Below, piece by piece: positions 1-10,330 of a stretch of DNA of 64,000 nt. Source of the stretch: Octopus bimaculoides (lineage: Eukaryota); assembly GCF_001194135.2 (NCBI RefSeq), contig NC_068985.1:27212868-27276867 (forward strand). The letters run 5' to 3'. Below the pieces are notes generated by a model, which was not told the DNA's origin, did no database searches, and saw only the letters and a list, made by a program, of their open reading frames with translations. A program made the position numbers and the translations under genes. How positions within the stretch are numbered: the first letter of the stretch is position 1; each line of letters begins with the position of its first letter.

Positions 1-382
1 GTCTTTACGTACTGAGTTCAATTTCTGCTGAGGTTACTTTTGCCTTTCATCTACTTAGGGTCAATAAAATAAGTACAGGTTGAGCACTGGGGTTAAAGCA
101 ATTGACTAACCTTTTCCCACCAAATTTTATGCCATGTGCTTAGAGTAGAAAGGATTATTATTATTAAGGAGGTAAGCTGGCAGAATCATTAGCGCAGAGG
201 ACAAAATGCTTTGCAATATTTCTTTTGGCTTCGTGTTCTGAGTTCAAATGTAGCCAAGGTTGAATTTGTCTTTCATTCTTTCAGTGTTGATAAAATAAGT
301 AGCAGTTGAGCCTTGGAGTTGATGTAATCAACTAGACCCTCTCCCCAACAAAATATCAGGCTTTGTGTATAAAGATTATTAT
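1..382 (+). mobile_element. Two head-to-tail copies of tRNA-derived SINE family A (first copy cut by the window edge)
   Basis: Both copies carry the B-box-like GTTCTGAGTTCAA, the central TTTGCCTTTCATC...GATAAAATAAGTA...CAGTTGAGC block and a GATTATTA tail. The same layout recurs at more than 10 sites in the window. Confidence 0.85.
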
Positions 383-799
383 TTCATTTTTTGCTTTTTG
401 GCTTTGAGGTTGATTGGGGCTGATGGAGGGACCCCAGTATTTAAACTAGTAGGACTCAAGAAATTGGTTTCACATTTTACATAAAATGAAAACCAAGGAC
501 ACACCTGAATGTTCTGAAACATGAATTTGGCTACAACAATTAAATAAAGAAGCTGTTTAAATAGTTTGCCTTTTTTAATTGAGGAAAAGTAAACAGATTC
601 TGTAAGAAGTGTAAGTATGAAACTAAATACCTATTTAAAGTTTACTGACCAACTAACCAATTACTGTCAGTTTTATTCCATCAGTGCACCAGTTGATATT
701 TAATTTAGCACTGGCTGCACTTCTCTACCACATGTTTCTACAACAGCAGTACAGCTGTTGGAATGTTGGTGGGGGACTGCAACAGATACCTTCTGAGTT

Positions 800-824
800 G
801 AGAGAGAGAGAGAGAGAGAGAGAG
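800..824. repeat. (GA)n microsatellite
   Basis: Seen directly. Confidence 0.95.
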
Positions 825-1128
825 TATATATATCCTGTTTCTTTTTTTTTTAAACAGAACAGAAAAACACATTTAGTTTAGTATTCCTAGAAAGTGTTAA
901 AGAAACTAAAACTTTCCTTTTATTTATTTATTTATAAGTTTGTTCACTTCTTCACTGTCAGCAACCATGAAAATTGCTAAGAACTCTTGATCTAACCAAA
1001 AGTTATAAAAATATGTCAACTATTCAGACCTAATGCATCAGTAAATAACTTAGCAGTTACATAGTAAGAGGAGTATAAATAGAAAGTGTCTCAGCACATA
1101 CCAGAAGGGAAACTTTCACTAAAGAAGA

Positions 1129-1253
<125 letters not shown>

Positions 1254-2224
1254 ATACAAATGTTTAGCAAGTGTGGATGAATGGAATATGACACAAGGCA
1301 GGCATTAATCAAGGCTGGTGGTAGAAGCAGAACAGTTTGAGACTGGCTTTCGCTAACTAGGCTATTTACAAAAATTCCTGGTTCTGTAGGCATTTCTACA
1401 TTACATATTGATAACTTCAATAAAGCAAAATTCATGAGGTATTCGAAGTAAAGACAAGTGTAATACTGCTAGAAGTATATTGCCAACAAATGCTGAAAAC
1501 CAAAAGATTTTGTGGAGAAACATTTTTAAAGAAGTTATTTCTGAATGCTTTGAAACAAGATCTACTGCCAATCAAGAACAGATTTCCAGTTATGATTCAT
1601 AAAAGGCAACCTGTAAGTTAAAAATCAGAAGTTGGATATTACATTCATTTCAAAATGATTCATAATATAAGAACTAAGTAAGATTATGAATGAAAGTTAT
1701 TAAGTGGAAGTCCATCTTATCATTTGGTTAGCAAAAAAAAAAAAAAAAAAAAAAGCAGGACTACAGCTATGCTGAAAATAATCTTCCGTTTGTGTGCATG
1801 CAACATGATGCTTAATAAACTAATGTAAATGAAATATAAATATGACGAAGAGAAGAAATGTGATAAGATTTCTAAATTACTTCAAAAACCAGGAAATATG
1901 CTTTATAAGAATCATATAGAAGAAAAAAAGAAAAGAAAAGAAAAAGAGTAAAATAAAAATAAGTTTTAAATGTTGTATCTCAGAAATAAAGGGAAATGGA
2001 TATGAAATCAGTTGCAGGTTTACTCATTGTCACATTTTTAGAATCTTCAGGTTCAAGTTCTCTAACCAGCTCTTCATTGTGATTGGAGAAAGGGGACAGG
2101 AGCTTTGGAAAATGATAAAAAAAAAAAAAAAAGAAGTCTATACCATCTTCACACTGAATTTTATGTCAACAAAATTTACTTTTGTATTTAGCATATACCT
2201 TTTTTATATTTGCAAGATTTAAGC

Positions 2225-2612
2225 AATGGTGGAGGACACTTGCTTGATGTACTTTGCAGTGGGATGAAACAGGGCCATGTGACTGGAACTGATCCACTGA
2301 TAATGTGTCATATCGAAGTACACTTAGAGAAGCAGTGGATAATTATCTTTCAGTTAACTCCAACTATGTTTGTAAAACCTCAGAGATAAGTATGGGTTTA
2401 TTATGTAAGACCAACAATTCTAGAAGCATCAGTAACAATCCAAAACTGACAACACCTGGAAGAATAAGGCCTTCCCTCCGGGGAACATATAGGATATTGA
2501 GGCAGAGCTAAAAAATCAGGGATCCAAGTAGAGAGAAGTAGAGAAGACAGCCCAGAGTCAAGAACGAGAGAGAACTGATGACCTATGCTCCTTTAGGAGC
2601 AATGGGCTTAAG
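2225..2612 (+). mobile_element. Decayed 3' end of an RTE-type LINE
   Basis: Residual IEAELKKSG-like translation and a terminal CCTATGCTCC-TTTA-GGAGCAATGGG-CTTAAG stem-loop resembling RTE 3' ends (recalled pattern). Confidence 0.45.
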
Positions 2613-3408
2613 CGTGTACATAGAAAACAATTTTCAAATATTACATTTGCAAATATGGAAGCAGATTTAGGTATGGTAGTAAGTAAACCATATCTACTCT
2701 CAAGTAACAATCTTATTATAATGAAGTAACTGACGATGGAAAAGGAGTCCAGCTATAACAGACATACCGTTGTAATGAATTATGTAATTATTCAAATTTG
2801 CAGAATCATACAAACATGGTGGCAAACAATCTCAAAGAAAATCTTTGAATTAGGAACAAAATTCCGTTAACCTTTACACCATTTCTCTTAATCCTTGTCT
2901 ATTATGCTGACAACTAACTTTATCTCTAAGATTAAATATATTCCTTAAGTATCTGAAATCCTAAATTCATCCAGTATAGCTAGGGTAATCAATGTTATTT
3001 TCTTTGATTTGTACCTCTAAGTAGTTTTAGCCCAGGCTTCTGATTAACATTGTTCCCATAGCTATATTTACTTTTAGGTCTTACTAAAACTTGCAACTTG
3101 AGGCTTTCAAACTTACTTTGTTGTCTTCCATTGACAGTAAATATGAACTGGTCATTAATTTTGAAAAGTTCTTATAGGCATCCATTACTGAACATCTTTG
3201 TGGAAGTTTCAATGTTCTGGTTAAAGCTTGGTAGATAGATACCTTGGCTGTAGATTACAGCTAAAGCACTTACGCTGCTTATTGTTAATTTTCATGGTGA
3301 TTATTTCCCTCTTGCATAAGCTAAACAATTCACAAAAGTTATTTATTCACACTTAACAATTGAATGTCTAATGAGCAACAACAGTACCATCAAAATTATG
3401 GTACAAAG

Positions 3409-3503
3409 TCAAAACTGCGTTTTGTCTGAGCTAATTCTATCATGCATGAGCCTGAGTAGGACTCGTATCAACTGTGAGTTTGTAAACCCTATAATGAGTT
3501 CAT
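3409..3503 (-). CDS. Candidate terminal coding exon, (D)ELIIGFTNSQLIRVLLRLMHDRISSDKTQF*, product unknown
   Basis: Acceptor ATATTTCAG before 3503, one open frame to TGA at 3411-3409, and AATAAA at 3347-3342 followed by a T/G-rich stretch. Confidence 0.45.
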
Positions 3504-5517
3504 CTGAAATATATTTACTGTTAAGCCACATTATTTTAGATCATATTTTTTAAACAGAAAATAAAATAGACATTCAATGAGTAAAAAAAACCCCACTTCA
3601 AAACAAATATTGACTTAGTGTTACACATTTTGGAATTTAGTTGGTATACTAAATTCTTATCAATAGTTGCAGCGTTGATTTGCAAAAACAAATCAATTGA
3701 TCTCAGAGCACTCTGGGTTTTTTTTTGGTAATGCATTCTAATAAAATTCTTTGTCCATTAAAGAGGCACACCAGCAATTTTTACTTTTCTATGTAAGAAA
3801 CAAAAACAAAAAACAAAAATTCTGATGGCTTTGCAAAGAATTTAATTTCTCTGGGTAAGTCATATTTCTCATAACTCATAATACCATAATTAAGTTTTAT
3901 GCTTAATAAAATATGAAAACTGGATGCTTGAAACACCACATATAATAGCTCAAATGTCCCTCAATAGAGAGTTTCAATTTAAAATAGGTATATTTTAATT
4001 ATTATCATCCATAGTCAAGACATCACCACACAAATGAAGCATTTAAAAACTTATAGTTATTCATTCAGTGAATTTTGTGGGTCTCCAGCTTGTGTTTTTA
4101 TACTTCATGGCAGATAAACCAAATATTTCTACAAGCTCAAAAGAATTTACTCAAATGGCTTCATTAGAATATTAAGGGGTAAGAATTTGTTACAACACTT
4201 GACTATTTCTAATTAAAATATCAAATGATATTTTGCAAATGAAAATTTAAAATATTATCCTGAATATCTTAACAGCAGAGTTACACAATAAATTAGTACA
4301 AAAATAAATAAGCCTTATATGACAAAGGATGCTTGTATGCACAAAGCTTCAGCAATATCAGTTGAACACCACTCTCCTTTATGTCCAAACAAAATACTCA
4401 TCAACTGAAAGGCTGAAAATCCATTTTGGATAAATGCACAAGAGTGGAGCTATTGTTGGTGTGATTCTTGATCAAGTTCTGTACCACATTTGTTGCAAAA
4501 AATGTAAACAAAATCATGGCTGAATAATTAGTTGTTTGAGGACCTATGGAATAAAAGTTATCAAACCTTTAACAAACATGTTTGCAATGAGAAATCATGT
4601 AGACGTCCAACAAATAGATGTATAAGGATTTGTAAAGCCAGTGATCAGACTGATTAGGATTTGAAAAAGGTTTGGTAAATGTTTTCCATTTGGATGATTT
4701 AAACATTTTAAAAAAACCACACACACACACACACTGCAAATGTTCAGGTATCCTACATGGAAAGGAATGCACCTAGAACACAAAATACAGAACATGATTT
4801 CTAAAACTGGTTCCAAATGTAAATGGAGACCCAACAAACTGGGGTGTGCTTAAAAAAAGTGTTTATTTTGTGTTGGTTACAAATGGTGGGCTAGAATTAG
4901 TTGAACAGAAGTTCTGAACCAAGACTTAATGACCATAGCAATTTCAGCTGATACAAATTTGATTCACTGGAGTAGACAGGCATAAACTGAGTAACTGGAA
5001 ACTGATATAATTCAAATGCTTATTGGAGATAAAATAAAAATATAAATCATTTATTTTTTTTACATAATGATTTTCTGACTTCGGCACAAGACCACATCTT
5101 TATTTTTGACTGGTACCATATTTTATTGACCCAAGCATTTTGTTAGACGCTCTAGTGTATTTTGTCAAATACTCTACTGGCTTTTATCTCATGTAAATGC
5201 TGAGAAACAGCTGCTACACTAAATAAATTATTTGATAAGCCTAAAAAGAAAAAAAAAAAAAGTAAAATTAAACTAGTAAAAGCATGGTGCTTTCATTGCT
5301 AAACAGAGAGTATTCATCTTGCTACAACTAAAATTAATATATGCTGCAACTGTGAGACTACAATGTTAGCAGCCAGGTGGACTGAGGTAAAGTGGTATAA
5401 TATTCCTGGCCAAAGGACAGTGCTAACTATGTTTTGAATTCTTGACTGTATGGTCAATAATCCAGCACTTCAGATTCGTAAAGAAATACACTGACCACAT
5501 GCATAAATCAATATACA

Positions 5518-5860
5518 GAAGGGGCATGACTGTGTGGTTAAGAAGCTCATTTTGCAGTTAGGTGGTTTCAGGTTCAGTTCTACTCCATGCACACCTTGAG
5601 CAAATGTCTTTACTACAACCCTGGGATGTTCAATACATCATGAATAAATTTGGTAGACAAAGAGCCCTGCTTTTGTTACCTCCCACTACCACTTGACAAA
5701 CAATGTTGGCTTGTTTAAATCCCTGTAACTTAGCAGTTTTGCAAGAGACTGATAGTATAAGGATCAGACTTACAAACATAGGTACAGGGGTCAATTTTTA
5801 CAACTAAAGCCTTTCAAGGTGGTTCCCCATCATGACTGCAATCTAATGACTTAAGCAAGT
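5518..5860 (+). mobile_element. tRNA-derived SINE family B (CORE-like centre)
   Basis: TGTGTGGTTAAGAAGC head, GGTTCAGTTC box, CACCTTGAGCAAATGTCTT core and GCAAGTAAAA tail. Homologous to the copies at 44.0 and 62.9 kb. Confidence 0.8.
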
Positions 5861-6029
5861 AAAAAATTAAATATACAGCTATCTCTGTATCTTTTCTAAG
5901 ACTTTGTCAAGAGGAAAGGCAGTACCCACAACTCTTTTCACAATGCCTGAAACTAGTGAGAGGAAGGGAGGAACCCTAACCTTAGACAAGAAGTATCTAA
6001 AGGCAGATCTAGCTAACTCCTAAATCATG

Positions 6030-6300
6030 TTTTTAAAGCTCATCTCTACCCTGTTTGCTTTCTACTACAATGTCATGCTACTTGATCATCTAGCAAACAT
6101 CATTTATTTACATTACATGTTCACACAAGCACAAACACCAAGTTCTGCAGCCAGCAGCCAATACCCAATTGTGTTCTCAACTCATTTGCACAAGTTCTGT
6201 TTGTCATGCAACAGATGAAAATTCTTTTCTTTGATTCTGCTGACCAAATTTAACTGCTATGCATCATCACACTTTCAACATATGCATCATATATATAGTC
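6030..6300 (-). mobile_element. Degenerate RTE LINE C-terminal fragment
   Basis: Reverse strand resembles the NELREKLGI-type region also seen at 18.9 and 19.6 kb. Confidence 0.4.
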
Positions 6301-7560
6301 TGAAAATATATTCTGTTCTGCCATTCAGAATGATAGCAGCAGTTTTCTACTTCTATACAGTTTTAAAATCTCTTTTCTGACATTGCAAAATGCTTCCCTC
6401 TCACAGGTCTAGTTTACCTACCTATAAATAGGACTCAAAGGAAAGAAATGACATACATCAGAACTCTTTAATAATCATACACACCACACACGCACATATA
6501 TATATATATATCTGTGTGTTTATATGACAGTGTAAACAGGGAGCAATTTTTCTTTCAAACATGTTATAAAAACAGGCTCTTTTTCATTATGGATTTTCAG
6601 GAAGTAAGAAAATGAAAAAGGGATGAAGAATGAAAAGATGAAGAGAAAGAAACAGAGGGAAAGAGGAAATCTGAAAGAAAGAATAACAAGTAATCATCTG
6701 ATTTTTATGTTTAAGGTAACTCTCTCCAAGTTATGCACCAAAGACCTATTGATTGTTATTCTACTAGAAGCAAACAAGTTCAGACATGGTTGTAGGGTTT
6801 AAAATTAGCAAGACTTGTCAAAACTCTTTTGCATTAATGAGTTGTTAATGAGAAACTGTAATCACCTAGTAGTCCTCTTTTAATTTAGTGACCTAACTAC
6901 ACATTTCAGGTTCATTTATCACAAAATAGCATTTATGTATCAGTGAATCACTTCCACCAAAAAAGGAGATAAACCAGACTATTTTGAAGGGATAGGAGTT
7001 TAATTGTTCCTGTTAAATAGTTTATATTGCAAGTAAACTTTCTTCAACAGAAAAGTAATGTGCTATCATAGTAAATATGGTGAGCATGATAGCATTTAAT
7101 CAATCAAGATGAGATCTGTATAACCAGAGGTAAACATTGAACAATGCATAAATTAATAAAAAGGCAAGGTTAGTTGACACAGACGTTCTAATCGGTTAAA
7201 ACTAGAAATAATTTATATAGGGAAAAGAACAACCTTTTCAAAAATGGAAGTAGTGGTGCTAAACTCTAGCAAACAAACTTTGAGAATTTAGATAAGTTTC
7301 TATACTGTTGAGAGATAGTTGATACAGTTTGCAAATTTGAACAATCTCCATATGCCATGGGGAGACTCATATTATGATATAAACTTACTCAAATTTGATT
7401 AATTTGATTCTTGTCACTGCAAGCCACAAGTTTCCTCAGAGCCTAGTTTTTTTTTTTGGTGGTGTAAATGCAGTCTAAAAGCCTTGTTCGGAGGATTACA
7501 CATGCATCTGCATATATCGTTACTATTATGTTAAACTGTCGTATGTTCAAATTTAGCCAA

Positions 7561-7696
7561 ATGAGGTTTTTTTCTTTTCAATATTTAATTTTGCTTGCAA
7601 TAGCCAGTTCTTATGGTCAAACTATCGTATCTCCAGCTGCTCCAGATGAAAATTGTCAAAGTGAAGTACAACAGTTTAGCATTTTTCAAAAGTGTA
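7561..7696 (+). CDS. Candidate signal-peptide exon MRFFSFQYLILLAIASSYG/QTIVSPAAPDENCQSEVQQFSIFQKC (59 aa ending at 7740 if unspliced)
   Basis: Basic n-region, hydrophobic h-region and S-Y-G cleavage pattern. Possible acceptor TTTAG ending at 7556 and donor GTAAGC at 7697. No family recognised. Confidence 0.3.
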
Positions 7697-8594
7697 GTAA
7701 GCCCCACATACAACAGTTTTGCAAAACTATTTCTGACTGAAAATATCATACATGCATGGAATTACGATTTTATGTACCCACCAAAGCATTATTGTTAAGC
7801 TGAAACTGTTGCTAATGTAAAAAAAAAAATGGAATGGTGAAATTATTTTTTCGTTTTCTGAAAAAGCAATGTTTACGACACTTTTGCATAACAGCAACGA
7901 TATGAAAAAGCAAATCTCACAGCCAGGTAACTGTAATTCTAAAATGACGAAACAGACAGAAATAAAGTAGCTGAGAAAAGGCAGTATCCATGACCCTTTT
8001 CAATGCCTTAAATGTGGTAGGAAGTTGTCTCCAAGACAAGACATACTTGGGCTCAAATGTGTTAACCAAGGACCAGACGGTGGTGCCCAACTGGTTGATA
8101 GATTAATTCTACCACGCATGAACAGTCCTTCCGTTCTGTCTACAAACCTTACATAAAAATTAAAAAAAAATTTGGTGGATCCAAGACAATGAAAGATAAC
8201 AAGTGCTGAAGGTGGCATACAGTGTAGGATCAAACCTAAAATCAGATAGTTGTCGTGAACTTCTAAACCATATTACTAATGCTTACATCTACAGTTCTCG
8301 ACATACAATCCAGGTGTTGTTGTCCCTGCGGTTAACTTGTCCTAAATCTAAATGTAAAATAGAACGGTTGCAATTTCATATCATGGTTTATTTAGTATTA
8401 GGTAATCCAACTTGACCCCCGCCCTCACAATATACTATATATGCACTTTTATTGGTTCTAGTCATTGACTGCGACTGAAAGGTTTCAGTTGATCATATCG
8501 ATCTAGTACTTGTTTTATCAAAATGCAAAGTTACTGTTGAAATAAAGGAACCTAACTTGGTACCGATACATATAAACACGAGTATGAACACAGT

Positions 8595-8820
8595 AAGGCG
8601 GCGAGCTTGGCAGAAAAGTTAGCACGCCGGGCGAAATGCTTAGCAGTATTTCGTCTGCCGTTACGTTCTGAGTTCAAATTCCGCCGAGGTCGACTTTGCC
8701 TTTCATCCTTTCGGGGTCGATAAATTAAGTACCAGTTACGCACTGGGGTCGATGTAATCGACTTAATCCCTTTGTCTGTCCCGTCTATGTTTAGCCCCTT
8801 GTGGGTAATAACAGAATAAG
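8595..8820 (+). mobile_element. Young SINE family A copy, tail type 1
   Basis: Full head GGCGGCGAGC...GTTCTGAGTTCAAATTCCGCCGAGGTCGAC with nearly all CpGs intact. Close match to the 13273 and 37396 copies. Confidence 0.92.
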
Positions 8821-9594
8821 ACACATCAACATATTCAGCGCGCTTCCGCACAATTTCGTTCGCTAATTTTACGCCCAAAGACATTGGTTATCCTTAGGGC
8901 TAGAGTAGAAGACGTTGTCCGAAAGTGCTACGCAGTGGGGGTCGAATAAATAAATAAATAAATACGAGACACTGTTGCGATGCGAACTCCTTTCTTACTA
9001 TATGTTTATACACGCAAAACACACACACACACGCTGAAGTATCAGTTAAAAGTTGTGTGTTAATAAAATTTCAGAAATATGTGGTGTATAAGTTATACAC
9101 CGCACACTCAAACACGACTCCAAAGACGGGATTATTAGTAGACTTTGAAACTAGAGACAAATTGGTCAAGACATAGATTTTGTAGGGGAGAGTGGAGGAA
9201 AAGTGTGGAGGAAGATCCGACGTGGAGTCAGGATGTGCACGTGCTATCTTTTTGGAATTTCTATAAAAATGCCTAAACTGGTTGCTTGGTAATGATGACA
9301 CCAGGAAATTCCCCAAGTTACGAGTCAAAGGGTAAAAATAAAAAAAAATAAAAAATTAGAAAGATTGATAGTAGGCCGGAGATGAGAGAGAAAGAGAAAG
9401 AGACAATGGAATATAAGAGGGAGAGAAAAAGAACAGAATATGCGAGAATTTTCAGGTAAGAGAAATATTGCACATGACATGCTTCTTTCCCTCTCTCTCT
9501 TCTCCTTCGAAGGGCTTTTGAGGCTGGACAAGAAAGATTAGATCCTTCGTGTTACATTTAGGTCACATGTTCAAATTGCACTCAAAGAATGCTG

Positions 9595-10330
9595 GGTGTA
9601 TGAGTCACAAGACAGCCACCTCTGACCTCGCAGCTCCACCAATGGGCTGTCAGTGACGTCAATCAACCTAGCTTGTTGCTGTGTGGAACTGCTAAAAATA
9701 GGCCAGCAGCAATGAGAAGGAGGCTGGAATAGCAGCGAGAAGCACGCGCAGGGAGGGAGAGGAGGAGGAGGAGAAGAAAGAGTGAAGGGGAGCGAGAGAG
9801 GAAGGGGATGAGACAGAGAGAGTGAGAAAGTGTGGAATTAGAAAGAGAGGGGGAGGAAAATAGAGATAGAGTAAGAGACGACGAAAGAGGCAAAGGAGAG
9901 AAACGGCGAAGAAGATTGGGGAAAAGAAAACAAAATGGCGGTGACGAGAGCTGAAAACTACAAAAGAAAAAAGAAAAAGTTGAGAGGGAGAGAAAAATAT
10001 ACTGGACATTGTGACGAGAGAGAGAGAGAATGAGAGGGAAATAAATAAATAAGGCCAGCAAACAAAACCAGTCATGTTTAGTGTACGAGTACGCACTTGA
10101 AAGTGCAGGCTAATTTCGTAATAATATCACTAATCGAGTTGCATGTGGAGAAGAGTAATTGATTCTCCTTTCCTCAGATCCCCTTGCCTACTTTCACTCC
10201 CTAACCTTCGAATGTATTGTTGCTACCGAGAAAGAAAGAAAGAAAGGGAGAGAAGAATGGAGAGAGAGAAAGAAAGACAAGAGCGAAATAGATGGATAGA
10301 AAGGGAGAGAGTGAGAGAGCAGACGTAAGT
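9595..10330. promoter_or_regulatory. Promoter-like region: AP-1 TGAGTCA 9601-9607, CCAAT 9639-9643, CRE TGACGTCA 9654-9661, YY1-like AAAATGGCGG 9932-9941, long purine tract
   Basis: Motifs seen directly inside a CpG-retaining, repeat-free stretch. Function and direction are inferred, not shown. Confidence 0.6.

Noticed and set aside
3409-3503. Assigning the terminal exon to KRIT1 or another FERM protein
   Set aside because: The similarity is only a hydrophobic pattern, and no ankyrin, NPxY or other FERM exons were found.
8595-8690. tRNA genes at SINE 5' ends
   Set aside because: Only A/B-box remnants fused to SINE bodies. I could not build a full cloverleaf.
9071-10096. ORFs of 68-134 aa on the minus strand
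   Set aside because: Mostly low-complexity Leu/Ser/Phe products of the purine tract, several with non-ATG starts. No domain recognised.
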